64,000 nucleotides of DNA from an uncultured delta proteobacterium. Lineage in GTDB: Bacteria > Desulfobacterota > Desulfobaccia > Desulfobaccales > 0-14-0-80-60-11. This document shows positions 30,802-41,244 of the stretch, piece after piece. Position numbers and translations under genes: made by a program. The notes below the pieces were generated by a model. It was not told where the DNA came from, made no database searches, and worked only from the letters and a program-made list of their open reading frames with translations. How positions within the stretch are numbered: the first letter of the stretch is position 1; each line of letters starts with the position of its first letter. Location of the stretch: contig CAWETI010000002.1 of the NCBI GenBank assembly GCA_963812015.1, positions 128,001 through 192,000 on the forward strand, written 5' to 3'.

Positions 30802-31296
30802 TCATATTTCACCTCCTTTTGCGGGCGGAGGCCCAACCTGAGTTGTTCTCTGAATATTCTTCCAAGTCCCCCTGCTAATGTTCTTGAAGAGTTTAGGTTT
30901 CCTTTGTAACGCACTCCTGATTACTTCCTGGGGATGATTTTGGCTTAATTTCCACCCTCTCTCCCGAAATTCAGCGACGATTTCCTTGATCTTCATGGGG
31001 CGCTTATATGTGTCAAAAATCATGGATATTCCCTTTTCGACCGGAATTTCAATGAGCTTGGTCTCCATTTTGGGTGGGATCGCGGCCGATAAATCAATTT
31101 CATCTGCAAATGGATCAATGCCCAGGTAAAGACGGTTATGAATCTGATTAATAAGAGATTTTATCCAATCACAATCGTTTTTTAGGGTCTCAAGTTTTGG
31201 TTCAAGTTCCTTAATTTCATTAAGTTTACTTTCAAGCTCATCCTCTAAGTTAGCGAGAGCCTTTGATAAACTTTGACGGGTAGCTTCTTCAAGCAT
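30802..31296 (-). CDS. Passenger gene: coiled-coil plus C-terminal winged-helix (HARE-HTH-like) protein
   Basis: ATG 31296 with GGGGGG RBS; heptad LANLEDELESKLNEIKELE..; RPMKIKEIVAEFRERGW..VIRSALQR..FKNISRGTW resembles a wHTH. Confidence 0.6.
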   Translation of the reverse strand: MLEEATRQSLSKALANLEDELESKLNEIKELEPKLETLKNDCDWIKSLINQIHNRLYLGIDPFADEIDLSAAIPPKMETKLIEIPVEKGISMIFDTYKRPMKIKEIVAEFRERGWKLSQNHPQEVIRSALQRKPKLFKNISRGTWKNIQRTTQVGPPPAKGGEI

Positions 31297-31465
31297 AAGA
31301 TGCCCCCCTATGCCGCTGTAAACTTCTTGATCTTCAAGAACTTTCCTGATATATACGAGATGCTTAATATTAGGCCATAAAATTTTATTGTCAATAAAAA
31401 AAGCGACTAAAAAAGCGAATATTTTTTTTGCGGATAGTCTATTTTTTTGAAAGCGTGGCCAGCGC

Positions 31466-31762
31466 ATGAGTAAAGGCTTAAAACATATTGTGGAGAAAAT
31501 ATGCGGTTGTCCCGCATCTTTTTTAGAAGATGTGGTTGTTGTTGAGAGCTTCGGGGGGCAAACCGTTTGGAGCGGTGTCGTATCCATTTTTAACCTCCAA
31601 GACCATCCGCAGGCCGATAAATGTTATGCTTGGTCATCTCCGATAGAGAGGAGCAGAAAGCGGAAATATTATGCCGTCCTTCATATCCCACCAATTGATT
31701 CCCCGGAAAAGGCTGTCAGGGCCTCCATTGTCCACGATCATAAGACGGAGAAATTGAATTAG
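31466..31762 (+). CDS. Passenger gene: 98-aa hypothetical protein
   Basis: Globular-looking ORF (GQTVWSGVVSIF..HP..CYAWS..AVLHIPPIDSPEKAVRA) divergent from the wHTH gene. Confidence 0.7.
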   Translation: MSKGLKHIVEKICGCPASFLEDVVVVESFGGQTVWSGVVSIFNLQDHPQADKCYAWSSPIERSRKRKYYAVLHIPPIDSPEKAVRASIVHDHKTEKLN

Positions 31763-31866
31763 CCCTACACCTTGTGATTTCCTTATTGTCAAATTGCATT
31801 GACCTATCTCCAGCGGTAAGGTGATTTTTAGATTTCATAAATATAATCTCGGGGGTTGAGTGCCTT

Positions 31867-32733
31867 ATGTCGGCAAAAAGGATATTCATCGCCCTAATAG
31901 TCTTGATTGCCGTTTCCCTTTGTCTTTCGGCATGGTCAGAACCAAATCCCAAACAGCCCATATCGCAAGGTAAAAGCGGCAAGTTGGCCGCACAGAAAAC
32001 CAGCAATCAAGAAAACCCAACCAAGAATATTGTTACCCTCCAAATACTTATTGACGCTATTTCTCGCGCAATAGACGCAAGCGCCGAGAAAGCTAAGGCT
32101 TACCAAAATCCTCCCCCACCAGATAATTCGTCGTGGTGGTTTTCCTTCTTTCTTGTGACGTTCACCGGAGTACTGGCCGCTGTTGCAATATTCCAATTCT
32201 TTGTCTTGAGAAACACTCTCAGAGAAACCCATAAAGCAGCTAGTGCCGCTAAAGACAGCGCCGATGCTCTTCCAATTATGGAAAGAGCTTATATCTTCTC
32301 CAAAGTTAAGCCTAATAGGGAAATTAACATTGCAGATAGCAGATTTGAGCCGGGTAATGGATTTGAAGCACGCCTTTATTTGAAAAATTACGGGAAAACA
32401 CCGGCTATTATAAAAGAAATTGCTTTCCAGGGGTATAGATATGATTCTCCTGTTAATGGTAAATTGGTCGTGATAAACGTTCATTATCCTCTCAAATCTT
32501 TTATAGGAAGCGGTGAAGAATTTTATGAAGATAGCCAACCCATCCCATTGACAATAGACAAGTGGATGGGTCTTATAACCATCGACCCTGAACTTTTTAT
32601 TTATTGTATTGGTTATATTAAATATGTTACGATTTTTGGTCAAGAACATTGTCATGGTTTTTGTTGGGAGTTCGACGGTCCCTCTGGCACTTTTGTATTG
32701 TCCCCAAATAATGATTTGAATTACAACATATAA
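31867..32733 (+). CDS. Passenger gene: exported/membrane hypothetical protein
   Basis: Signal peptide, one TM (WWFSFFLVTFTGVLAAVAIFQFF), beta-rich C-terminal domain (LKNYGKTPA..GYIKY..FG); low GC. Confidence 0.7.
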   Translation: MSAKRIFIALIVLIAVSLCLSAWSEPNPKQPISQGKSGKLAAQKTSNQENPTKNIVTLQILIDAISRAIDASAEKAKAYQNPPPPDNSSWWFSFFLVTFTGVLAAVAIFQFFVLRNTLRETHKAASAAKDSADALPIMERAYIFSKVKPNREINIADSRFEPGNGFEARLYLKNYGKTPAIIKEIAFQGYRYDSPVNGKLVVINVHYPLKSFIGSGEEFYEDSQPIPLTIDKWMGLITIDPELFIYCIGYIKYVTIFGQEHCHGFCWEFDGPSGTFVLSPNNDLNYNI

Positions 32734-33133
32734 AAAAAATAGAGAGTAGGCGCAGGCTTGTTTCCAGCCAAAGGGAGGGAGTGAAAATTTGCGCGGAAAC
32801 CGGCGGGAGATTTTTTTAGGGAGGGAATTGAGAAAATCCCGAAGTTTTCGGAAACAAATTAGGACAGTACCCCCGACCCCCCTGACTGAGAGATGGCCGT
32901 TAAAAGAAATTGGATGAATTTTCCTTGCTTCCTTGATATTATCGGGGCTAATTTGGTTATGATCAGAAGACCGCGGTTAAAACCCTATCAGGGTGTTGAA
33001 AAATGGGTTTTCTATCATCCTGAACGGAACGCATCTGTAATCTATTGATATAACGATGTTCTTTTCTTTGCTCGGAATGACCATGTGAAGAAATCGCTGA
33101 TTTTATGATCCTTACATAAAAGGAGGGGGGGAT

Positions 33134-34597
33134 ATGGTTCTTTGGGCCCGGATAGGGGGAGCATTGTTGGGCCTGGTCTTCTTGCTGGCGCCCTTGGCGG
33201 CCAGCGGCGCCGAGTCTCCGGTGCTGACCCTGAAACAACTTATCGACATGGCCTTGCGATACAGCCCTGCGGTCAAGGCTAGCTCCAGCGCCGTCACCCT
33301 GGCGACTGAGCAAAAGAATGAAGCCAACAGCTACCGTTGGCCACAATTCGATGCCACCGCCACCGGCGGGGTGGTCCCCAATGCCCGGCGGGGTGAGGTG
33401 CTCCAAGTCGGCCCAGATAAAACCCTCTTCTATCCTGACCCCAAAGATAAGCTCCACGGCGTGAACATCTTTGGCAACCTGACCTTCGCTCTCTATCAGC
33501 CTCTCTACACCTTCGGCAAAATCGCTTTCCGGGAAGAAGCTGCGGCCAAAAACATCGAGGTCAAAAGAGCCGGGGTGGATCTCAAGAAGGGCGAGGTCAT
33601 GATGCAGGTGGCTCAGGCGTACTACGGTCTGATCCTGGCCACCCAGGGCAAGGATGCGGTGCAGGACGCCCGTACCTACCTGGGGGATGCCCGGGAACGG
33701 ATTACCCGCCTCCTCCGCGCCAACTCGCCCAACGTCAGGGAGAGCGACCAGTATCGCCTGGCCATGTATGAGGGCGGGGTGGAAAAATTTGCCGCCCAGG
33801 CGGAAGAAGGCTCCAAGGTGGCCTACCAGGCCTTGAAGGCCCTGGTCGGCTATAACCCCAACCAGGATTTCCGGGTGCCCCAGGACCTTCCGGCCCCCAC
33901 CGCTCCGGCCGGCGGCCTGGACCACTACATCCGCCTGGCCCTGGAGCAGCGGCCCGAATTCACCCAGCTCAAACAGGGCCTGGTGGCCCGGCAATTGCTG
34001 GTGGACGCGGCCAAGGCCGACCGCTATCCGTCGTTCTTCCTGGCGGTGGTGGGCCAAGTGGCCGGGGCCCCGGGCCGGGAGTATAACCCAGACCCTTATG
34101 TTAACGACTTCTTTAATGGTGTTGGGGCCATGCCCATGGCGGGGGCCAAGTGGCACTTCGATTTCGGCATCCTGAATGCGAAAGTCGGCCAAGCCCGGGC
34201 AGAACTCGACCAACTGCGGTACACCGAAAAGCAGGCCCTCATGGGCATCCCGGTGGAAGTGGCCAGGGATTACGGCAAGGTCAAGGAAAATTACCAGGCT
34301 TCCCTGGGCATGCAGAAGGCTTATGTCAATGCCCGGCGCTGGCTGGTCACCTCATTCAGCAACTTCGACATGGGGCTGGGCAAAATGGAAGACATCTTCC
34401 AGGCCTTTGAACGGTACGGGTCCTTCCGGGGCGACTACCTCACGACCCTCTATGAATACAACCTGGCGGTGGCCCAGCTGGACAAGTCCTCCGGCGCCTT
34501 CCGGCAGAATCTGCCGGCTGATGACAAACCGGCAAAAGACATCACGCCGAGCCGGGTCCAGCCCGTGAGCGCCCCGGCCCCTGCTACGGCCAAATAG
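33134..34597 (+). CDS. TolC family outer membrane protein
   Basis: Signal peptide; LTLKQLIDMALRYSP; QPLYTFGK; ALEQRPE; YEYNLAVAQL. Confidence 0.85.
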   Translation: MVLWARIGGALLGLVFLLAPLAASGAESPVLTLKQLIDMALRYSPAVKASSSAVTLATEQKNEANSYRWPQFDATATGGVVPNARRGEVLQVGPDKTLFYPDPKDKLHGVNIFGNLTFALYQPLYTFGKIAFREEAAAKNIEVKRAGVDLKKGEVMMQVAQAYYGLILATQGKDAVQDARTYLGDARERITRLLRANSPNVRESDQYRLAMYEGGVEKFAAQAEEGSKVAYQALKALVGYNPNQDFRVPQDLPAPTAPAGGLDHYIRLALEQRPEFTQLKQGLVARQLLVDAAKADRYPSFFLAVVGQVAGAPGREYNPDPYVNDFFNGVGAMPMAGAKWHFDFGILNAKVGQARAELDQLRYTEKQALMGIPVEVARDYGKVKENYQASLGMQKAYVNARRWLVTSFSNFDMGLGKMEDIFQAFERYGSFRGDYLTTLYEYNLAVAQLDKSSGAFRQNLPADDKPAKDITPSRVQPVSAPAPATAK

Positions 34598-34624
34598 CCT
34601 TGCGTCCTTGCGGATAAGCAAACC

Positions 34625-34653
34625 AGGGCAGGCCTCCGAGCCTGCCCTTTTTT
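34625..34653 (+). terminator. Rho-independent terminator
   Basis: AGGGCAGGC-CTCCGA-GCCTGCCCT-TTTTT. Confidence 0.75.
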
Positions 34654-34734
34654 ATTAATAATACCGTTTTCGGTTTTCAGTTTTCGGAAAAAATATCGCG
34701 TTTGCCAAAAATTCCTCCTGATTGCTGGTTTTTT

Positions 34735-34826
34735 AAATCCCCCTAAATCCCCCTTTTTCAAAGGGGGATTTTCAACGGAATTTCGCTAAGTTCCCCCCTT
34801 TGGAAAAGGGGGGCTAGGGGGGATTT
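34735..34826. repeat. REP-like doublet (CCCCCTTT..AAAGGGGG family)
   Basis: AAATCCCCCTAAATCCCCCTTTTTCAAAGGGGGA and its inverted copy; related copy at 28580-28616. Confidence 0.7.
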
Positions 34827-35000
34827 GGGTTCTTGGAGCATGTGGCATAACGGGAAAAACTTTCGGCATTCGATAGAGATGCAGGGGCGGACCTGCGTGT
34901 CCGCCCGAACTGGGCCCAGCCCTTGTGCGTCCCGAAAAATGTAAGAGGTTGGCGGGGCCGTGAGCTTTGGCGCATGGCCCCGCCCGCTTGGCAAAGAACC

Positions 35001-35825
35001 TTACCAGCCGAGGAGGAAGAGGCGGATGTAGACCAGGGCGGGGGCGGCGAAGAGGAGGCTGTCCAGCCGGTCCAACATGCCGCCGTGGCCCGGGAGGAGT
35101 TCCGAGGTGTCTTTGACCTGCACCTGGCGCTTGAGCATGGATTCGAAGAGGTCCCCCAGGAGCCCCACCAGGGCCAGGAGCAACGCCAGTCCGGCCAGGC
35201 CCGGCAAGCTTAGCCTGGGGATGGCCCAGCGGCCCAGGGCGACGCCGACGAGCCCTGCCGAGGCCATGCCGCCCACGACCCCGGCCCAGGTCTTCCCCGG
35301 GCTCACTTCAGGATAGAGCTTGGTCTTGCCCCAGGTCCGGCCAACGTAAAACGCCCCGGTATCCCCAGCCATGATCACCATCAGGAGCCAGAAGATCCAC
35401 CACTGGCCGTCGCCCAGGTAGCGCAGCCAGACGAAGTGCCCCAGGAGCAGGGGGATATAGAGGAGGCCCAAGATATTGACCATCAAATCCCGGGTCGGGT
35501 CGGGAATGTGGCTGTAGGCGATGAGGTAGAAGAGAAAGAGAATGAAGAGTATCCCCACCAGCACGAAGATGGGGCCGGAGGGGTTGCACAGGGTGGTGGC
35601 CCGCTGGGCGGTGCAGAAGCTCAAAAGGAGCACCGAACCCAGGGTAATGGCTTTCACCCGGCGGAAGACGTCGGCTTCGGGCTGGAACATGCCCAAAAAC
35701 TCCCATTGCGCCAACCCGCTGATCACCAGGAGCAGCAGGACAAAAAAGAAGTGCCCGCCTTTAAAGAGCACCAGCAGCAGTAACGGCAGGAGAATCAGGG
35801 CGGTCAGCCAGCGGCGTGCGTGCAA
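35001..35825 (-). CDS. cdsA: Phosphatidate cytidylyltransferase
   Basis: DTGAFYVG..SPGKTWAG..GDLFESMLKR..KD..LPGHGGMLDRLDS. Confidence 0.95.
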   Translation of the reverse strand: MHARRWLTALILLPLLLLVLFKGGHFFFVLLLLVISGLAQWEFLGMFQPEADVFRRVKAITLGSVLLLSFCTAQRATTLCNPSGPIFVLVGILFILFLFYLIAYSHIPDPTRDLMVNILGLLYIPLLLGHFVWLRYLGDGQWWIFWLLMVIMAGDTGAFYVGRTWGKTKLYPEVSPGKTWAGVVGGMASAGLVGVALGRWAIPRLSLPGLAGLALLLALVGLLGDLFESMLKRQVQVKDTSELLPGHGGMLDRLDSLLFAAPALVYIRLFLLGW

Positions 35826-35979
35826 TGGTCACCCCCTCGGGGAACTGGCGGAGAACCTGGTTTGCGAGGGCGCCGGCCCAGGAAGCCAGGTTCTCCCGTC
35901 ATGTCATAACGCTGAGGCCCCAGGGCCCGCCTTCCCCGATTCTGGCGGCCAAGGCTTGAGCCGGCGGTTCCGGCCCCCG

Positions 35980-36768
35980 TCAATGCTGCGCCGGGGCCCG
36001 GGGTTGGCACCGGGAGCCCCAGAAGAGCAGCAGGCCGCCGCTGACCAAACACAGGCCCAGGGCCATGAGCTGGGTCAAGGGCATCCAGCCGAAAAAGACC
36101 GGGCCCCGGTAGTCCACCGGGCTCCGGAAAAATTCCACCACAAAGCGCACCAGGCCGGCGAGGCAAAAGTACATCAGGATCATCTGGCCAGCGAAGCGCT
36201 TGCGGGGTCGGAACCAATAGAGGAACCCGAAGACCCCCAGGGCCAAAAAGGCCTCGTAAAGCTGGGCGGGATGCAAGGGCACCCGCAGGGGACAGAGGGT
36301 ATTGGGGTTGTTAAAGACCACGGCCCAGGGCAGATCGGATGGAGAGCCATAGCAGCATCCGGCCATAAAGCAGCCGAGGCGCCCGAAAAATTGCCCCAGG
36401 GGCAGGCCTATGGCCAGGGCGTCCAGGGTGAGGCGCCAGGGCAGTTGGTGGCGGCGGATATAAAGGAAGGCCACGATGAGGGCCAGGATGACCCCCCCGT
36501 GGAAGACCAGGCCCCCTTCCCACAGGGCGAAGATTTTCAGGGGATGGGCCGCGAAGGTGCGCAGCTCCAATAAAACATAGAGGAGCCGTGAACCCACCAG
36601 GGCCGCCAGGATAAGATAGAAACAGAGATCAAAAAATTTCCCCGGAGGTAACCCCAGGCGCTTGGCTTCCCGACCGGCCACGAAGATGGCGCTCAAAAAG
36701 GCCAGGGCCAGGAGGAAGCCATAGGTAAAAATCTTGATCGGCCCGATTTCAAACAGGATTGGATGCAT
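35980..36768 (-). CDS. lgt: Prolipoprotein diacylglyceryl transferase
   Basis: MHPILF, WEGGLVFHGG, GRLGCFMAGCCYG, HPAQLYE, RFVVEFFR. Confidence 0.95.
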   Translation of the reverse strand: MHPILFEIGPIKIFTYGFLLALAFLSAIFVAGREAKRLGLPPGKFFDLCFYLILAALVGSRLLYVLLELRTFAAHPLKIFALWEGGLVFHGGVILALIVAFLYIRRHQLPWRLTLDALAIGLPLGQFFGRLGCFMAGCCYGSPSDLPWAVVFNNPNTLCPLRVPLHPAQLYEAFLALGVFGFLYWFRPRKRFAGQMILMYFCLAGLVRFVVEFFRSPVDYRGPVFFGWMPLTQLMALGLCLVSGGLLLFWGSRCQPRAPAQH

Positions 36769-37249
36769 CAGCAGGGTTCTCTTCTCGGATAATGACCCAC
36801 ACCAGGACTGCGGCTCCCAGGCACACCAGGCTGTCGGCCACGTTGAAGGCCGGCCAGTGGTAGCGCCCCCAATAGACGTCGATAAAATCCACTACTTTTC
36901 CCAAGCGGACCCGGTCAATCAGGTTGCCCAGGGCCCCGGTCAGAACCAGGCTGTAGCCCAGGGTCGCCGGCCAGTGGTCTTCGGGCAGCCGCCATAACAT
37001 ATAACCCAGGACCACCAGCACCAAAGCGGTGGTGATCACAAAGAACAGCCAGGCGAATTGCGTCGACCAGCCGGACAACAGCCCAAAAGCCGCGCCCTTG
37101 TTGTGGATGTGCACCAGGTTGAGAAGGTCCGGGATGAGGGGCGCCTGGCTTCCCAGGGGCAGCTTTTGCATGACCAGAACCTTGGTCACCTGATCCAGGG
37201 CCAGCCCCCCCACCAGGATCGGCAGGAGGATGCTTAATTTTCGGGACAC
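36749..37249 (-). CDS. lspA: Signal peptidase II
   Basis: DQVTK, NKGAAFG, GALGNLIDR, VVDFI, WPAFNVAD. Confidence 0.96.
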   Translation of the reverse strand: MSRKLSILLPILVGGLALDQVTKVLVMQKLPLGSQAPLIPDLLNLVHIHNKGAAFGLLSGWSTQFAWLFFVITTALVLVVLGYMLWRLPEDHWPATLGYSLVLTGALGNLIDRVRLGKVVDFIDVYWGRYHWPAFNVADSLVCLGAAVLVWVIIREENPADASNPV

Positions 37250-37252
37250 GTC

Positions 37253-40030
37253 TTATTCCTCCAAGACCTGGCGGCAGCGGGCGCACACTTGAGGATGACG
37301 GGGATCTTCCCCTACCCCTGGGTAACGGAACCAGCAGCGGATGCATTTCTCCCCGGCCGCCGGCGCCACGGTTAGCGAGAGCCCCGGAATCTCTTGCGAT
37401 TCCTGGCCCCCCAGGGTTTGGGCCTCCACCCGGAGTTCCGCCACCTGGGCCAGGGTTTTAAGTTCTGCCGTCTGAGACTTTAGCTTAGCATAAAGTTGGT
37501 CATCCATCGTCCCCAAAATGACCGCGGCCTCCTGGGCCGTGGCCAGGCGCTTCTCCTTCCGGCCCTCTTCCAGCCCCCGGTTGATTTCGCCCCGCACTTT
37601 GAGTAAAAAGTCGTACTTGGCCAGCAAGGCCTCGTCGGGAAAGCCCGGGGGCGGCGAGGGCAAGGCCCCCAGATGCACGCTCTCAGGGCGGCCGGCCCCG
37701 GGGATATGCTCCCAGATCTCGTCGGCGGTAAAGGAAAGGATGGGGGCCATGGCCAGGGTGAGGCCCTGAAGCAGATCGTGTAACGTGCTCTGGGCGCTGC
37801 GGCGTTCCCTGGAATCAGCTTTCGAAATGTAGAGGCGGTCCTTCAAGATGTCCAGATAGATGGCGCTGAGCTCCACCGCGCAGAACTGGTGGAGGCGGTG
37901 GAAGGCCTGGTGGAATTCGTAATCCTCGTAGGCCTTTTTGACCCGGGCCAGCAACTGGGCCAGCCAGGACAGGGCCAGGCGGTCCAGCTCCTCCCGGGAG
38001 CCTGGCTCCAACCAGTGCCGCTCCGGGTCGAAGTCGGAGAGGTTGCCCAGCATGAAACGGGCGGTATTGCGGAAACGCCGGTAGGCGTCGGCCAGTTGCT
38101 TCAGGATGTCAGGCGACAGCCGAACGTCATCCCGATAGTCCTCCGCCGCCACCCAGAGCCGCAGGATCTCGGCGCCGTATTTATCCATGACTTCCTGGGG
38201 GGCGATGACGTTGCCCAGGGACTTGGACATCTTGCGGCCGTCGCCGTCCACCACGAAGCCATGGGTCAGCACCCCTTTATAAGGGGAGTGGCCCCGGGTG
38301 CCCACACAGGTCAGGAGGCTGCTGTGAAACCAGCCCCGGTGCTGGTCCGAGCCCTCCAGGTAGAGATCGGCGGGCAGCGCCAGGTCCGGGTCGGGTTCCA
38401 CCACCGCGGCCCAACTCACCCCGGAATCGAACCAGACGTCCAGGATGTCCGTCTCTTTTTTGAAGTCGGAGGCGCCGCAGGCGCACACCGTTCCCGGAGG
38501 CAGCAGGTCGGAGGCGGGAGTGTCGAACCAAAAATCCGCGCCCTCATGGCGTACCCGCTGGATAATACCCTGAAGAATCTCGGGCGTCAGCAGCACCTTG
38601 CCACATTCCCGGCAGTGAAAGGCCACAATGGGCACGCCCCAGGCCCGCTGGCGGGAGATGCACCAGTCCGGGCGCCGTTCCACCATCTGGTAGATGCGCT
38701 CCCGGCCCCAGCGGGGAATCCAGGTGACCCGGTCGATGGCCGCCAGGGCCTTCTGTCTGAGATCGTTGGCCTCCATGGAGATGAACCACTGCTCCGTGGC
38801 CCTAAAGATGATGGGCTGCTTGCAGCGCCAGCAGTGGGGGTAGCTGTGGGTCAGGTCCGCCGCCGCCAGGAGCTTGCCGCGCTCTTTGAGGAGTGCGATG
38901 ATGCCGGCGTTGGCGTCCAAGACCTTTTGTCCGGCAAATTCCGGCACTTCCTGGGTGAACCGGCCGCCGTCGTCCACCGGCGAATAGGGGGCAAGGTTGT
39001 ACTTGCGACCGCTGTCATAGTCCTCCTGGCCGTGCCCCGGGGCGATGTGCACCAGGCCGGTACCCGCCTCCAGGGTAACGTAGTTCGCCAGGATGACCTG
39101 GGAGTCCCGGTCCAGCCAGGGGTGGCGGCAGACCGCGCCCTCCAGTTGACGCCCCTTGACCTGGAGGATTTCTTGCCCCTTAAGCCCCCAAAGGCTCAGC
39201 AAACCCGGGGCCAAATCCCCGGCCACCACCAAAACTTCGGTCCCCAGGTCCACGGCGACGTACTCCAGGTCCGGGTGGGCCGCGATGGCCAGATTCGCCG
39301 GCAACGTCCAGGGCGTGGTGGTCCAGATCACCAGTGAGATTTTTTCGTAAGTGTCCAACTCCGGCACTTGCTCGGGGGCTTTAGATAGAGGAAACTTGAC
39401 GTAGATGGTGGGGGTGCGGTGGTCCTCATATTCCACCTCGGCCTCGGCCAGGGCAGTGCGGCAGGTGGCGCACCAGTGAATCGGTTTTTTGCTCCGGTGG
39501 ATGGCGCCGCTGAAGAAGAACTGGCCATATTCTTCCAGGATTTCGGCTACGTAGGCGTGGCGCATGGTGAGGTAGGGATGGTCCCAGTTGCCCAGCACCC
39601 CCAGGCGCTTGAATTCGGCGCGCTGGATGTCGACGAACTTTTCGGCGTAGGCCCGGCAGCGCTGACGGACCTCCACTTTGGACAATCTCACGCCTTTGGC
39701 CTTCAGTTCCTTGTCCACCTGGTGCTCGATGGGCAGGCCGTGGCAATCCCACCCCGGCACATAGGGGCTATCGAAGCCCGTCATCTGACGGGACTTGACG
39801 ATGATGTCCTTGAGGATCTTGTTTAAGGCGTGCCCCAGGTGAATGTGGCCGTTGGCATAGGGGGGGCCGTCGTGAAGGATAAACTTGGGGCGCCCCTTAC
39901 TCTGGGCCCTGATCTTGCCGTATAGGTCCATCTCGGCCCAGCGTTTCAGGAACAACGGTTCCCGCCGGGGCAGATCGGCTTTCATGGGAAAATCGGTGCG
40001 GGGCAGGTTTAGGGTCGCTTTATAATCCAT
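37253..40030 (-). CDS. ileS: Isoleucine--tRNA ligase (type 1)
   Basis: [31 protein letters not shown]-terminal KCIRCW..CARC. Confidence 0.98.
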   Translation of the reverse strand: MDYKATLNLPRTDFPMKADLPRREPLFLKRWAEMDLYGKIRAQSKGRPKFILHDGPPYANGHIHLGHALNKILKDIIVKSRQMTGFDSPYVPGWDCHGLPIEHQVDKELKAKGVRLSKVEVRQRCRAYAEKFVDIQRAEFKRLGVLGNWDHPYLTMRHAYVAEILEEYGQFFFSGAIHRSKKPIHWCATCRTALAEAEVEYEDHRTPTIYVKFPLSKAPEQVPELDTYEKISLVIWTTTPWTLPANLAIAAHPDLEYVAVDLGTEVLVVAGDLAPGLLSLWGLKGQEILQVKGRQLEGAVCRHPWLDRDSQVILANYVTLEAGTGLVHIAPGHGQEDYDSGRKYNLAPYSPVDDGGRFTQEVPEFAGQKVLDANAGIIALLKERGKLLAAADLTHSYPHCWRCKQPIIFRATEQWFISMEANDLRQKALAAIDRVTWIPRWGRERIYQMVERRPDWCISRQRAWGVPIVAFHCRECGKVLLTPEILQGIIQRVRHEGADFWFDTPASDLLPPGTVCACGASDFKKETDILDVWFDSGVSWAAVVEPDPDLALPADLYLEGSDQHRGWFHSSLLTCVGTRGHSPYKGVLTHGFVVDGDGRKMSKSLGNVIAPQEVMDKYGAEILRLWVAAEDYRDDVRLSPDILKQLADAYRRFRNTARFMLGNLSDFDPERHWLEPGSREELDRLALSWLAQLLARVKKAYEDYEFHQAFHRLHQFCAVELSAIYLDILKDRLYISKADSRERRSAQSTLHDLLQGLTLAMAPILSFTADEIWEHIPGAGRPESVHLGALPSPPPGFPDEALLAKYDFLLKVRGEINRGLEEGRKEKRLATAQEAAVILGTMDDQLYAKLKSQTAELKTLAQVAELRVEAQTLGGQESQEIPGLSLTVAPAAGEKCIRCWFRYPGVGEDPRHPQVCARCRQVLEE

Positions 40031-40251
40031 CTAACAGCCTCCGAAACACAATTTTATATGTTATCACATCCCATCCCGCCAAGAAATCAATAAGACACGG
40101 GGACGCCGCCCCAAGCCCCAAAGCTGCCGCCGGCCCGCCCCCGAAAAGCCGAGGGAAGGCCGAGATTGCGGGGGCAAGACCGCCCCAGAAAAGCCTCTGC
40201 CGACGCTTCCGCCTCCTTGACCGGAGGGCAGGCTTTGGGATAAGATGAGGC

Positions 40252-40593
40252 ATGCGGCAAGGGCTCAAGGCTTTTCTCCTTTCGGCTTTCGTCTTCCCCG
40301 GGTTGGGGCAACTCTATAAGCAGGACCGCCGGAAGGGCGTCTTTCTGGTGCTGGGGACCAACCTGGTGTTGGGGGTGCTGCTGCTGGCGGGCATGGTGCT
40401 CTTCTCCCAAGAATACCTGTCGGTCTTTTACCCCCGCCCTCTGACCTGGGAACTGGTCAAAGTCCTGCTCATCGATACCATCTCGCATCCGTTGTTCTGG
40501 ATTCCCTTTGGACTGCTCATGGCCCTGTGGGGCTTCGCCATGGTGGACGCGGTTCGGAGCCCCGGGCGGCAAGTGCCGCCGGCGGACCACTAA
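40252..40593 (+). CDS. Small membrane protein
   Basis: LLSAFVFPGLGQLY motif plus two TM segments. Confidence 0.7.
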   Translation: MRQGLKAFLLSAFVFPGLGQLYKQDRRKGVFLVLGTNLVLGVLLLAGMVLFSQEYLSVFYPRPLTWELVKVLLIDTISHPLFWIPFGLLMALWGFAMVDAVRSPGRQVPPADH

Positions 40594-40717
40594 CAGTCAG
40601 CAGTCAGCTTTCAGCCAGGAGCTGTGGATTTGCCGAGGCGAAGCCCTGAGAGGGTGGCGCCGCTCACCATTCCCGGCTTATGGACCCCCTGCGGATAGGC
40701 TTCTGAGGAAAGGCTCT

Positions 40718-41050
40718 ATGAGACAATACCTGCTGGATGAAATCGCCCGGAACGATATCCCCCGGGTCCGGGATTATCTCAACCAACACGCCGTGGCCGC
40801 AAGCCTCGCGGGTATCTGGTGGGTGGATTTGCAAGAGGATTTGCTGAGCCCGGAGCAGTTCTCCCACCGGGACTGCCGGCCCTTCCGGTTCGCCGTGGAG
40901 CTGGGGGACGACTTCGTGCGCTTCGAGTTACTGATTCGCAGCCGTGAGACCATGCGCTGCGCCTGCATCGTCTACGCCACCCGGCAGCAGCGGGACTTCA
41001 TCCTGGCCTTCGCCGACCGGCTGGTGGAGGACCTGGCGCTGAGAACCTGA
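40718..41050 (+). CDS. Hypothetical protein
   Basis: ATG after GAGGAAAGG; MRQYLLDE..Q..H..C.PF..ELLIRS..MRC.C..YAT.QQR, possible metal ligands. Confidence 0.7.
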   Translation: MRQYLLDEIARNDIPRVRDYLNQHAVAASLAGIWWVDLQEDLLSPEQFSHRDCRPFRFAVELGDDFVRFELLIRSRETMRCACIVYATRQQRDFILAFADRLVEDLALRT

Positions 41051-41244
41051 TGATGGCCTCATCAGACCACGGTATGGTTTAAGCTTCCCGAAAAGCGATT
41101 ATTCACCCATCCCTTCCCTTGATAATTCACTCAGCCGATATTTTTTCGAATAATTTTTATCCGCCCCGAGAGCCTTAACATTTTCCTTAGGGGAAACTCT
41201 AAATAATCAAGCAAGGCAAGCAATCCTCAGGGGAGGGAAAAACT

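Larger units (their letters stand above)
29740..32871. mobile_element. Complete IS1-family (ISMhu11-like) element with passenger genes, 3132 bp
   Basis: Perfect 17-bp TIRs GGTACTGTCCTAATTTG (29740-29756) / CAAATTAGGACAGTACC (32855-32871); 8-bp direct repeat CCCGACCC at 29732-29739 and 32872-32879; interior much more AT-rich than flanks. Confidence 0.93.

Noticed and set aside
30609..30878. 89-aa ORF containing IAANDY, reminiscent of a tmRNA tag (ANDEN..)
   Set aside because: It is on the opposite strand to the tRNA-like domain, lacks a C-terminal AA-stop, and its TTG start overlaps the -10 box; likely coincidental
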